A stretch of DNA of 64,000 nt from Candidatus Cloacimonadota bacterium (GCA_049903315.1 JBNGBT010000006.1:32001-96000); one strand, 5' to 3'; counted from the stretch's first letter, positions 46,621 through 57,195 are shown. A program made the numbers and translations. The notes: generated from the letters alone by a model not told the origin.

Positions 46621-48693
46621 TTATAATTCATACACTATTTTTGAAAGGTTAGCAGTTTTCATAAATGTAGAATGGATAAGGCGGAGAAGTGCCATGCGGT
46701 TTTCTCGAAGCTGTTCATCCTCTACCATGACCATCACGTTATCAAAAAAAGTATCAATATAATCTTTTAATTCAACAAGGTCGTTAAAACATGCATTATA
46801 ATTTTTTTCATCAAAATGAGCTTCATAATGAGGAATGATCTCCATAAGTTTTTTATAGAGTTGCATTTCCTCTTTTTCTTCAAAAAGTGCTTCATTTACA
46901 TGAACAATCTTTTTTGAGCTTTCCAGGATATTTGATGCCCTTTTAAATCCGATAATAAAATCCTTGAAATCTTCATGCAGCTTGAATTCCTGCAGGTTTT
47001 TTGCACGGATAAGAAGATCTGGTATATTTCGATAATCAGCTTCAATTGTTGCATTTATCACATCATAATCAATTCCCTGCTGCTCTAGGTACATGCGTAT
47101 TCTCTGTGTGAAGAATTCTATAAGGTCAGCAAAAAAATCTTCTTTAGAATTTTCATAAAGAGTTTCGCTCTGCTTCATAAATTCTTCAAGATTTAAGGGG
47201 AGGTCATGTTCTGCGAGGATGGAAATAATTCCATTTCCTGCTCTTCTTATCCCGAGAGGATCGCTTGTGCCTGTTGGCTGCAGCCCGATGGAAAAGCACC
47301 CAACAATCGTATCCATTTTATCAATAATAGATAGTATAATTCCTGTTTTTGTTTCAGGAAGAATGTCACCTTTATAGCGCGGCAGATATTGTTCAAAGAG
47401 TGCTTGAGCCACTTCAGGATCTTCGCCGTCATTCAATGCGTATTGCCAGCCCATATACCCCTGCAATTTGGTGTATTCCTTTTCTCCGAGAATAAGGGTC
47501 GTCAAATCGGATTTGCAGAGATAGGCAGCTCTTTCAATTTTATCTTTGTCATAAGTAAGCATCCCTGCGCACCATTTTCCAAGGGATTTCATTCTCTCTA
47601 TTTTATCAAATAGAGTGCCGAGATTTTTTATAAAAGTGATTTTTATCAGTTCCTCTATCCGTGCTTCAAGCGGCGTTTTTTTATCTGTATCAAAGTAAAA
47701 CTTCGCATCGCTCAATCGCGCATTAATGACCCGCTCATTACCATAAAGAACTTTGTCGATCGTGTCCGGATTGCTATTGCCGATGCCGATGAAAAAGGGC
47801 ATAATTTCATTATCTTCATTCTGCACAGAAAAGGATTTTTGTGTTTCTGCAAGAGTGGTAGTAAGTACCTTTGAGGGTAGTGATAAATATGATGTGTCAA
47901 ATGTTCCCATGATTGGAGATGGAAATTCAACGAGGTCAGTAACCACCTCAAGCAGCTCATTGTTCTCGACAGGAATTCCGCCAACTTTGCGTGCAGTGAT
48001 TCCAATTTCCTTCTCGATAAATTCTTTTCTTTCTTCTCTATCTGCAATAACAAAATGCTGTTTTAATAAAGGAACATATTTATTAATATAATATAAACTA
48101 ATTAAATTATGTAACTTTTCAAACCTGTTTCCTAGAGAGAATCTGTCGCTTTTTATTCCACCGATCTCGAGCTCGAGAAGTTCATCATTATACAATGCAA
48201 GCAACCAGCGTATGGGACGTGCAAAGAGAAGTGTGCCGTTTCCCCAGTGCATTTTTTTGGGGAAAGGGATTTTTGGAATGACATCCACAGAAATAGCGCT
48301 GAGTATTTCTTCAGTTGGTTTTCCTTTTATGTGTTTTATGACACTAAGATATTCACCCTTAGGAAGTTCTTTAATAATAATGTATTTCTCTTCGAGATTT
48401 TGTTTCTTAAGAAATCCCTGTCCCACTTTATTAAGATTGCCATCCTCATCATAAGCAATGCGTGCAGGAGGTCCCACGATCTCTTCAGAAGAATCAGTTT
48501 GTGAATGGGGAAGTCCGGTTATCGTTATGCACAATCTGCGCGGAGTAGAATAGTATTTTATCTCATCAAAATTAAGGTGTGCTTCGGTCAGTTTTGAGGA
48601 AAAATATTCCTGTAAAAATGTAATCGCAGGTTGGATGTAAGAAGCGGGTAATTCTTCAGTGCCAATTTCATAGAGATAGGAATTATTTTTCAT
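46621..48693 (-). CDS. glyS: Glycine--tRNA ligase beta subunit
   Basis: EIGTEELP, TPRR, FPK.M.W, F.RPIRW, LVEFP, GNERVI.ARL.DA, LQG.MG, PTG..DP...RR, FFDNVMV...R.NR. Start set at MKNNSY. Confidence 0.95.
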   Translation of the reverse strand: MKNNSYLYEIGTEELPASYIQPAITFLQEYFSSKLTEAHLNFDEIKYYSTPRRLCITITGLPHSQTDSSEEIVGPPARIAYDEDGNLNKVGQGFLKKQNLEEKYIIIKELPKGEYLSVIKHIKGKPTEEILSAISVDVIPKIPFPKKMHWGNGTLLFARPIRWLLALYNDELLELEIGGIKSDRFSLGNRFEKLHNLISLYYINKYVPLLKQHFVIADREERKEFIEKEIGITARKVGGIPVENNELLEVVTDLVEFPSPIMGTFDTSYLSLPSKVLTTTLAETQKSFSVQNEDNEIMPFFIGIGNSNPDTIDKVLYGNERVINARLSDAKFYFDTDKKTPLEARIEELIKITFIKNLGTLFDKIERMKSLGKWCAGMLTYDKDKIERAAYLCKSDLTTLILGEKEYTKLQGYMGWQYALNDGEDPEVAQALFEQYLPRYKGDILPETKTGIILSIIDKMDTIVGCFSIGLQPTGTSDPLGIRRAGNGIISILAEHDLPLNLEEFMKQSETLYENSKEDFFADLIEFFTQRIRMYLEQQGIDYDVINATIEADYRNIPDLLIRAKNLQEFKLHEDFKDFIIGFKRASNILESSKKIVHVNEALFEEKEEMQLYKKLMEIIPHYEAHFDEKNYNACFNDLVELKDYIDTFFDNVMVMVEDEQLRENRMALLRLIHSTFMKTANLSKIVYEL

Positions 48694-48761
48694 GTTGAGG
48701 GGGAAATTTCCCGATGGGGTAAAGCGTGTCAAGATTTTGGGTGTGCTGATTTATTTTGCTT

Positions 48762-49202
48762 CTATTCTCTCTCCAGCAGGAATGTCGCGGGTCCGAAGTT
48801 TAAAAGGTCGATTTCCATGAGCGCACCGAATTTCCCAAGTTTTGTTGGAACTCCAAGCGCATTGAGGGATGTCCCAAAATACTCATATAATGCTTCAGCT
48901 TTTTCTGGAGGAGCTGAATCGGAGAATCCAGGACGGTTTCCTTTATTTGTGTCTGCATACAAGGTGAATTGCGAGATCAGCAGCACTTCTCCACCGATAT
49001 CTTTTACGCTGAGATTCATCTTGCCTTCTTCATCTTCGAAGATGCGGAGGTTCGCTGTTTTTTTTGCAAGGTAATCTGTATGAGCTTTGGTATCATTGTG
49101 CCCGACTCCCAGAAAAATGAGCAGTCCCTTTCCTGTTTTCGAGATAAGAGTACCGTCCACAGAAACAGAAGCACGGTTCACACGCTGAATAAGCAGCCGC
49201 AT
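48762..49202 (-). CDS. dtd: D-aminoacyl-tRNA deacylase
   Basis: MRLLIQRV, LRIFED..GKMN.S, SQFTL, KGNRP, G.FGA.M, N.GP.T; SD GGAGG before ATG 49202. Confidence 0.96.
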   Translation of the reverse strand: MRLLIQRVNRASVSVDGTLISKTGKGLLIFLGVGHNDTKAHTDYLAKKTANLRIFEDEEGKMNLSVKDIGGEVLLISQFTLYADTNKGNRPGFSDSAPPEKAEALYEYFGTSLNALGVPTKLGKFGALMEIDLLNFGPATFLLERE

Positions 49203-49520
49203 AGCACCTCCCGAAATTTGATGTGAGTAGACTATTCTTGATCGAAGTTTTGTCAACAATCATCAATTTCTTGACGTGAAAAATCAATATACTCATACAA
49301 GAACTTCCTATGAAAAAGAGCAAAAGCAGCATATTTGAACTGAATAAAACATTGACTGTGAAGGGCATGGGTTTACATTTTGGCAATCAAAAGAGGAAGA
49401 CAGCCTATATACTTTGATACTATCGAATTTTCGCTCATGAAGAGCACGCCGCCAAATGACGGTATAAAACTGTAAATAATTGAATAATTATGTATAAGGA
49501 TAGTAAAAAGTTTAATAGGT

Positions 49521-52500
49521 ATGAAGGCTAAATCTGTTTTCTTTATTGGCACCCTGTTTTTTGTTGCAGCAGGTTACACATTTCTGCAGCATAATACAAT
49601 ACAGGCAGAAACCATAATCCAAAAAGGTGAGGAAAAGTCACACGAGAAAACAATTGAAGTCACAGACAGCACTGGAAAAACACAAAAAGACACACTCCTC
49701 ATTGCCGCAGATACTCTCTTTATTGAAAAGCCGGAACTCGGTATTGTAGATACAATTTCCTATGCTGATACATTAAATTTAACAAAAGAGCACGGAAAAC
49801 AACAAGATTCCGTTGAAGTCGTTCCCAAGAAAATTACTTATACACATCGCGTGTCATCTTTTCCCAGTTTGTTTCATCATACTATTTCCATGCCCCTTAT
49901 GGCTAAGAAGGACTCTGCTGAGGTTTTAGAATACTTAAAGAAAGAAGCATTTCCACAAAAGAAGTTCAGTAGATACTTTATAAATTCACAGCTCTATGAA
50001 CACACAGATGAATTTGATATAAGAAAGCGAAGGGTGCTTATAAAAAGTTCATTTGGGGGAGCTCGTGTTCATGCACCTTTTGCACTTGGTTTAGAAAACT
50101 ATGTGAACATGCGGTTCCGCGAGCAGCTTTATGAATATTTGTATGATGATATCGAGCAGGCGGAGCAGCTTCGTGTTCAGAACAGGCAGGCACAGGGAAT
50201 TATTCCTGATATTGAATTCCCAAAGATTAAAATGCCCAAAGCAATGCGCCGATTCTTTGGAGATAATATCGGGCGGCTTAAGGTGACCGGTTCTCAAAAA
50301 ATTACAATCGGCGGCTCGTCAACAAAGCGCAAGCCGGAAACTGCAACTGAAAGTTCAAATAAAGGATTTTTTCCTGACCTGAAAATGGAACAAAAGCTAA
50401 ACCTCGGCATCAGCGGAACGATCGGGAAAAAGATAAAGGTAGATGTCAGGCAGACCTCGGATGAATCCATTTTTGAGAAAAATAAGATAAGCATCAAGTA
50501 TGTTGGTGATGAAGACGATCCCATCAAGCTGATCGAAGCGGGTGATACACGGCTCTCGCTTTCTGGCTCTCAATTTATCAGTTACTCAGCTTCTTCGGAA
50601 AACCTATTCGGTATCAAGGGCGAATTTGAATTTGGTAAACTCAAGCTCACTACTATAGTCAGCCAGCAGGAAGGGCAGCAGGCATCTGCGTCAGCCACAG
50701 GGAATGCGGTTGAGCAGGAAACAGAATACATGGATAAGAACTTTGTCCGCAATAAATATTTCCTGTTCAATGAACCGGATAGTTTATTTGTAGGTCCCGA
50801 CAATCTCCCTGTAAATCCTGATACACTCCCAATGACAAAATGGAGTTATCTTACTCAAAAAGTGCCAAAAGATGCATCGGTCAGAATATTCATTGATGAT
50901 GGACGCGTAGATCCAAATGATGTAACGGGTTATGATCTTGATGGAAATGAATATAAGTTCTATGAACTCACAGATCCAATAAATGATTTTTTGATAGATT
51001 ATTTAAACTCACCATATATGATTGAATTTGGTGTGGGGATTTCGAATAATTATGCTATTGGTGTTATCTATGAAGAGCGTTCTGGTAAAAAATGGGGAAG
51101 CTGGCCTCAGGGTGGAACTCTTGAAGTAAAAATGATCAAGAAGAACTATAATGTTACCGCCGAGGATTTACCAGAAGCAAAATGGGGATATCAGATCAAG
51201 AATATCTACAGTCTTGGCGGTCAGAATATCGATCCCAAGGGATTTGAAATGAAAATCTATTACTATCCTCCGGGATCTGGAGGTGAAGCAGTATATGGAA
51301 TTATCGATTCCAACAATGTGCTGCATAAATTCGTTGATATTCTCAATCTTGATACCAACGGAGACGGCATTGTAAACGCAAATGATGAAACAGTTGATCT
51401 GGAAAAGGGCATTGCTCAATTTCGTATGTGGGAACCTTTCCAGCCGCACTGGTTCTCAGATTACAGCAGTACTCTCGGTAATCCAATGGTCTATAATGAG
51501 CTCAATCCCGATCCCACGGAAGATGATTATAATCCTTTCTATCTGGGTGTTAAATCAAATAAGGTTGGCAGCACGATCAACCTGGGGCATATCAATATCA
51601 TAGAAGGAAGTGAGAAGGTCTATGTCGATGGAGTACTCCTGAAAAAGGGAATCGATTATGAGATTGATTATTTCAGCGGGACAGTACGACTCAAGGGTGA
51701 TGCCGCAAGCGACCCTAACGCTGATGTAAAAGTGGATTTTGAATACCAGCCCTTTTTCAATATAGATAAAAAAAGTATGTTTGGTATTCGTGCAGATTAT
51801 GAATTTAATAAAAACGCTAAAGTTGGTGCAACTTTTATGTATGAGGGAGGTTCCACAGGCAATAAACACGTGAAGGTGGGGGGTGAACCCACAAAGATAT
51901 TTATCGGTGATATTGATGGGTCTGTACGAGCAGATCTCCCCTTTGTAACCGATCTGGTTGATATGATACCCCTTGTGAGAACCAATGAAAAATCCTCCGT
52001 TTCTCTTTCCGGTGAAGTGGCAATGAATATTCCCAATCCAAATGCGACCGATAACGGCGAAGCTTATATCGATGATATGGAAGCCATTAATGAAATTTTG
52101 TCAGTCGGCATCAGCCGTACAGAATATGATTTTGCAAGTCATCCTATCGGAATTGATTCTCTTATGGCAGATACACTTGTTACACGCATTACCCGGGGAA
52201 ATTTCAACTGGTATAATCCTCACAATGAATTCCAAAAAAAGGATATCTATCCGGATCTTCCAACTGACGAAGGAAGAGAGTATGTCTCCGTGCTGGAATG
52301 TAAGTTAGAGCCCATTTCACTCTTTCCGAACTGGGGTGGTATCATGAAAAGTTTCGGTACTACCGCAGAGGATTTCAAAAAGAAACGCTATCTTGAACTC
52401 ACTATAAAAGCTGATGACGCTGAACTGGGCGATACACTTTTTATTGATTTTGGAACCATGACGGAAGATTATTATCCGATTCTCAAACCCAATGGTGTTC

Positions 52501-55500
52501 TGAATTATGAAGATATTAACCAGGATGGTGTGCTCGATGTAGGTGAAGATGTGGGGCTTGATAATGTGCAGGGCACAGACCCGGTGCCACCAAAAAACCA
52601 TGATTTTGACGATACTCCAGACGTTGATGATGGCAATGACGACTATATTTATACTGCGGGTTCATCAAATTATAGTGGCATCAACGGTGATGAAGTGAAT
52701 GGACGGTTAGACACCGAAGACCTGAACAGGAACTTTGTACTCGACACCAGAAATAATTATTTCCAATATGCAATCGACCTGACAAACATCGATCCTGAGA
52801 TTCTTATTTCTGAATATAATGATTGGAAATATATCCGCATTCCTTTGCAGGATTCACTTTACTTTAAACCTCTTGGTGAAGGAAATATTGCTTGGAACTA
52901 TATACAAAGTGCTCGTTTGTGGATGAAGACAGAAACCACAGATGACCTGATTATAGATATAGAGACGTTCGAACTGGTCGGCAACAAATGGACGGCTTCA
53001 ACCATAATGGATACTACACTCCACAAGCCAGCCGATCTGCAGCCGGATGAAGCATTTGAAGTGGCAACAGAAAACAACTCCAATAATCTCGACTACACGC
53101 CACCTCCCGGTTCTTTAACTGGAGATGATGATAAAGAAAAAGAGATAGAGCAGTCGCTCGTATTGAATATACAAAATCTTGAGTCGGATAGATACATTTA
53201 TGCAAAGGAGACATTTTCAGAAAAAATAGATCTGCTCAATTACAGCAAAGTGAAATTATGGGTGTATGCACAGCATGCGACCGGACCACCGCCCAATGCA
53301 TCAGATACTGAAACAATTATTTTCCGTCTTGGTTCAGACACGCTGAACTATTACGAATATCGGCAGTCCGTGCAGGTATATGATGATATTGACTCAAAAA
53401 TGACTGAGAGCTACTGGCAGGATATTACGATTGATTTCACAGAATTTACAGATCTGAAAAAAAGCGATATTCCGGACACTACTGCCCACCTCAGAATGGT
53501 TGGCACTCCTTCTCTGGGGTATATCAAGCAGGTAGCAGTGGGACTAATACGACCGGATAGTATGGAAACTTCTTTCAGCGGACGTATTTTCTTTGATGAT
53601 ATTCGTGTGAGTGATCCCTATAGCGAGATTGGAATGGCAACCCGGTTAACGCTTGATACAAAAATTGCAGATTTTGCAGATATACTTATAAATTTTGAAA
53701 GGAAGACTCCCAATTTCTACTCTCTCGGTGCAAGAGCAGGCAGCGGATCGGACAGTTATTCCTATTCTTTAAGAAATAATCTTTATCTTAATAAATTTAT
53801 GCCCGACGCATGGGGCTTTAACATTCCTGTGAAATTCGATTATTCCTATGGAGAAAGCAAGCCTCGTTTCCAGCCGAATTCGGACGTGAAACTCATTACA
53901 CCGGAAGAAAAAAATAAATATAAAACGACCAACGAAACAAAATCTGCATCGATTTCTCTGAGAAAAAGCAAGGCTTCGACAAACTTCTTTGCTAAGCTCT
54001 TTCTTGATAATACCTTTATCAGAGCAGAAGTAAGGCACACGAAATCTCTCTCTCCAACTAAGCGTGATACAACCTATAAATATACAGGAACATTGAATTA
54101 CGCTTTGAATTTCAACAAAACCAAACATGATCTGAAAATATTTGAAAAATTCAGTGTATACTACCTTCCTCAAAAAATTACAATTAATACGGATTATAAT
54201 TATACAAAATACAATACATGGACTAAGCAGAGCCAGGATACATTGTTCACAAATGATGAAAAGGCACCTGAGCATACACTTAATCCGAAACTTACCGTAA
54301 AATACGAGATGTTTACTGATTTTGATGCGGATTATATTCTCAACATGACACGTGATCTTGAAAAGAAAAATAAAGTCGGGAAAACGAATATCGGAGTAGA
54401 GACTGCCAGAAATCAAGATGTAACCCTGAAATATGTCCCGGACTATATGAAAAAGTTAAATTTCAATACACAGTATAAAACTTTGTATAAACAAAACCGC
54501 AGAGAAAATCTTCAAAATGACACCCTGAACATTCTATATGAAGTAGAAAATGAACGTAAAGCTTCGGCAAACATCACACTAAAATTCGATAAATATGGAG
54601 AATATATTATGGGGCTCATTGAGATTGATGAAGAGGTGAAAGAAGAGAAAGTAAAACCTAAAGAGGAATTGATCGAGAAGGAACCAGAAAAGGAAATTGA
54701 GGAGATAGATGAAAAAGAGCTTGAAGATAGAGAGAAACAAAATGAACTTGAAAAACAGGAAAAAGGCAAGGAAGAGCCGAAAAATGAAATAAAAGAAGAG
54801 ATTGTTGATTCTGTTGATGTAGAAATAGACACTCCTGAAGGTGAAGAAGAAGTCATAATAGAAGAGAAAACAACGTCATTCGGATTTAAAAATATCGCAC
54901 TCTATACTACAAAAGCTATTGGATTCTGTATTAATAAAATCGGTTCGGTGGATCTTAGTTATTCAAATACATACAGGACAAAATACAAAGTTTCCCCTGA
55001 TTCATTACCTGATCTCTATTATCAGCTTGGACTCAGGGATAAAACATTCGGGCAAGAACAATCCGTAGCTCAGATCGATGCCTTCTCCGGGAACACACGA
55101 ACACAATTCAGATTTTTTACACACTTGAGTACAGAGGTTTCGGCAAAATACAATCTTGATTTGAATAGAAGTTCCGGTACTAAGACAAAAACAGAATCAA
55201 TTACTTTACCCGGAATCATTCTTGGCTACGACGGATTAGATGAAATTCTGAAAGTGAAATTTTTTAAGGGCAGCAATATCTCCTCGAGTTTTTCCCGTAT
55301 GATCTCTAATACTGGAAATGGATTCTGGAATACTCCGGATCGCACAACAGAAAAATTTATGTTCAGTCCGCTCATTTCATTTAATACAAAGCTCCTTAAT
55401 AAAATAAATATAAATCTCGGTTTCAATTATAACTTCAGCAACCAGATAAGTTATGTAGAAAATAACAAGAAAACACGAACCGATGAAGCGGGTTTCAGTG

Positions 55501-55820
55501 CGACTTTCCGCTATTCGTTCCAGTCTGCCAAAGGTGTCAAAATTCCTCTGCTCGGACGCTTGAATATGACCAATAAGACCGACATGGACCTCGATATCAG
55601 TTATACTTCAAGTAGTTCTCAATCTGAGAATAGCGTGACCGGCAAGTGGGATTATTCTCTAAACAAAAATACACTCAAGATCGAACCAAGAGTCGCGTAT
55701 AATTTCAGCAAAGATATCAATGCAGGACTCACTGCGCGTTATGAAGCTCAAAAGGATGTGAAAGCAGGCACTTCAACTACAACAACAGCGATAAATATCT
55801 GGGTCGAATTCAAATTTTAA
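49521..55820 (+). CDS. sprA: SprA/Sov-like T9SS translocon beta-barrel
   Basis: 2099 aa with signal peptide; M.Q.L.L...G.IG.K, Y.G.ED....IEAG, LFGIK.....G.L, KNIY.LG, DY.IDY..G, AYIDD.E, F.WYN, WGGIM, D.GLD, D.EDLN, Y.PPPG, EQSL, YYEY motifs; C-terminal Phe. Confidence 0.85.
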   Translation: MKAKSVFFIGTLFFVAAGYTFLQHNTIQAETIIQKGEEKSHEKTIEVTDSTGKTQKDTLLIAADTLFIEKPELGIVDTISYADTLNLTKEHGKQQDSVEVVPKKITYTHRVSSFPSLFHHTISMPLMAKKDSAEVLEYLKKEAFPQKKFSRYFINSQLYEHTDEFDIRKRRVLIKSSFGGARVHAPFALGLENYVNMRFREQLYEYLYDDIEQAEQLRVQNRQAQGIIPDIEFPKIKMPKAMRRFFGDNIGRLKVTGSQKITIGGSSTKRKPETATESSNKGFFPDLKMEQKLNLGISGTIGKKIKVDVRQTSDESIFEKNKISIKYVGDEDDPIKLIEAGDTRLSLSGSQFISYSASSENLFGIKGEFEFGKLKLTTIVSQQEGQQASASATGNAVEQETEYMDKNFVRNKYFLFNEPDSLFVGPDNLPVNPDTLPMTKWSYLTQKVPKDASVRIFIDDGRVDPNDVTGYDLDGNEYKFYELTDPINDFLIDYLNSPYMIEFGVGISNNYAIGVIYEERSGKKWGSWPQGGTLEVKMIKKNYNVTAEDLPEAKWGYQIKNIYSLGGQNIDPKGFEMKIYYYPPGSGGEAVYGIIDSNNVLHKFVDILNLDTNGDGIVNANDETVDLEKGIAQFRMWEPFQPHWFSDYSSTLGNPMVYNELNPDPTEDDYNPFYLGVKSNKVGSTINLGHINIIEGSEKVYVDGVLLKKGIDYEIDYFSGTVRLKGDAASDPNADVKVDFEYQPFFNIDKKSMFGIRADYEFNKNAKVGATFMYEGGSTGNKHVKVGGEPTKIFIGDIDGSVRADLPFVTDLVDMIPLVRTNEKSSVSLSGEVAMNIPNPNATDNGEAYIDDMEAINEILSVGISRTEYDFASHPIGIDSLMADTLVTRITRGNFNWYNPHNEFQKKDIYPDLPTDEGREYVSVLECKLEPISLFPNWGGIMKSFGTTAEDFKKKRYLELTIKADDAELGDTLFIDFGTMTEDYYPILKPNGVLNYEDINQDGVLDVGEDVGLDNVQGTDPVPPKNHDFDDTPDVDDGNDDYIYTAGSSNYSGINGDEVNGRLDTEDLNRNFVLDTRNNYFQYAIDLTNIDPEILISEYNDWKYIRIPLQDSLYFKPLGEGNIAWNYIQSARLWMKTETTDDLIIDIETFELVGNKWTASTIMDTTLHKPADLQPDEAFEVATENNSNNLDYTPPPGSLTGDDDKEKEIEQSLVLNIQNLESDRYIYAKETFSEKIDLLNYSKVKLWVYAQHATGPPPNASDTETIIFRLGSDTLNYYEYRQSVQVYDDIDSKMTESYWQDITIDFTEFTDLKKSDIPDTTAHLRMVGTPSLGYIKQVAVGLIRPDSMETSFSGRIFFDDIRVSDPYSEIGMATRLTLDTKIADFADILINFERKTPNFYSLGARAGSGSDSYSYSLRNNLYLNKFMPDAWGFNIPVKFDYSYGESKPRFQPNSDVKLITPEEKNKYKTTNETKSASISLRKSKASTNFFAKLFLDNTFIRAEVRHTKSLSPTKRDTTYKYTGTLNYALNFNKTKHDLKIFEKFSVYYLPQKITINTDYNYTKYNTWTKQSQDTLFTNDEKAPEHTLNPKLTVKYEMFTDFDADYILNMTRDLEKKNKVGKTNIGVETARNQDVTLKYVPDYMKKLNFNTQYKTLYKQNRRENLQNDTLNILYEVENERKASANITLKFDKYGEYIMGLIEIDEEVKEEKVKPKEELIEKEPEKEIEEIDEKELEDREKQNELEKQEKGKEEPKNEIKEEIVDSVDVEIDTPEGEEEVIIEEKTTSFGFKNIALYTTKAIGFCINKIGSVDLSYSNTYRTKYKVSPDSLPDLYYQLGLRDKTFGQEQSVAQIDAFSGNTRTQFRFFTHLSTEVSAKYNLDLNRSSGTKTKTESITLPGIILGYDGLDEILKVKFFKGSNISSSFSRMISNTGNGFWNTPDRTTEKFMFSPLISFNTKLLNKININLGFNYNFSNQISYVENNKKTRTDEAGFSATFRYSFQSAKGVKIPLLGRLNMTNKTDMDLDISYTSSSSQSENSVTGKWDYSLNKNTLKIEPRVAYNFSKDINAGLTARYEAQKDVKAGTSTTTTAINIWVEFKF

Positions 55821-55821
55821 T

Positions 55822-56493
55822 ATGAGGGAACAGGACTATACTCGCCTTATCGCAGTGGGGGATATTCATGGGCAGTTTGACATGCTTCGGGAATTGATGG
55901 AAAAAATCAAACCTTCGCAAAACGATTTTTTTATTTTCATTGGCGATTATATTGATCGGGGATATAAAAGTAGAGCGGTGCTCGATTACCTGATTGAATT
56001 TGCACAAAAATACAATGTGGTTTTTCTGAGAGGGAATCACGAGGATATGCTGCTGGATTTATTGGGCTTGGATGAGAACGCTATAAACGGTGCGTATTAT
56101 GCACGCAATGGTGGAGAATTTACCGCACTTTCTTATGGTAATGCAGACTCAACAGTCGAAGATCTCGCACTGCTTATTCCCCAAGAGCACATTCAATTTA
56201 TGAAGAATACAAAGATATTTTTTGAGACAGAGCATTATTTTTTTGTGCATGGCGGCGTGATGCCGGGAGTTCCATTTAATGAGCAGAAACGGGAAGTTAT
56301 GTTATGGATAAGATACCAGTTCATTTATTATCCGACAGGATTGAATAAGATTGTCGTGTTCGGGCATAGTCCACAGCGAAAAGTATTGATAGAAAATGAC
56401 AAGATCGGTATAGATACGGGAGCGGGATATTTCAAGAAATTGAGTGCGATCGATTTGTTTTCAAAAGAAATATTTCAGGTGAGTTATGGGTAG
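55822..56493 (+). CDS. Metallophosphoesterase (PPP/PphA-like Ser/Thr phosphatase family)
   Basis: GDIHG, GDYIDRG, RGNHE, FVHGG, LWIR, FGHSP, IDTGA. Confidence 0.92.
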   Translation: MREQDYTRLIAVGDIHGQFDMLRELMEKIKPSQNDFFIFIGDYIDRGYKSRAVLDYLIEFAQKYNVVFLRGNHEDMLLDLLGLDENAINGAYYARNGGEFTALSYGNADSTVEDLALLIPQEHIQFMKNTKIFFETEHYFFVHGGVMPGVPFNEQKREVMLWIRYQFIYYPTGLNKIVVFGHSPQRKVLIENDKIGIDTGAGYFKKLSAIDLFSKEIFQVSYG

Positions 56494-56742
56494 GTTGATT
56501 TTCCGAATTATCTGGTTAATAAATTCTTAAACTAAAAGTTCCAATTTAAATAAAGTAATTCAAGACTTGAGTTAAGAATCCGCCAGCGGAGATTTGACTT
56601 AAGGATTGAATTTCCCATCGTTCTTAACTCAACGCCTTCTGTCTTCGTACTTGAATATAATACTCCGAGAAAACTCCATCATAATACATGAAGGTATTAT
56701 ATCATGGCAGGTCGGCTGTTAAGTCACGTCCGATGGATGGTT

Positions 56743-57195
56743 TTAAAAATTATACCTCAACGACATGCCCAATCCTTCAAACTCAAAATCTAATTTTTTC
56801 TTCTTTTCATTATAATTAAACATCTTTGCATCGACATATGCATCGAGCAATGCGACTAATTTTACTGTAGCCCACCACCATATCATATTCTGCTGCTGCT
56901 GATAATAATAATTATACTCATCGTAATGTGCCTGAGTGTGGGTCTGTTTATATAATGAATATGCATCATTCATTTTTGTATGATAATGTATTGCGGTTCC
57001 AATAAGCAGCGATTCGGTGAGAATATCAATTCCGGCTTTGACGTATTGCTTGTTGTATATCTGTCCTCCGCCGGGAATGACCGACCAAAGCAATGCTTTT
57101 GTGGAACTGCGTCCTGTGTTAAAAGCTTTTTCTTCTGCATGAAGATTTATAGAAAAAATGGCAACTAACAATGCCAACAGCCAGATCTTTTTCAT
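56743..57195 (-). CDS. DUF5683-like protein
   Basis: Signal peptide, ALLWSVIPGGGQIYN, LDAYVDA, C-terminal Phe. Confidence 0.75.
   Translation of the reverse strand: MKKIWLLALLVAIFSINLHAEEKAFNTGRSSTKALLWSVIPGGGQIYNKQYVKAGIDILTESLLIGTAIHYHTKMNDAYSLYKQTHTQAHYDEYNYYYQQQQNMIWWWATVKLVALLDAYVDAKMFNYNEKKKKLDFEFEGLGMSLRYNF

Noticed and set aside
48694..48761. T-box or riboswitch before glyS (also checked before pheS and lysS)
   Set aside because: The gaps are far too short and lack T-box motifs.
49310..49417. 35-codon ORF (MKKSKSSIFELNK...) upstream of sprA
   Set aside because: No SD, no recognisable motif, and it overlaps a promoter-like TTGACT box; not supportable without conservation data.
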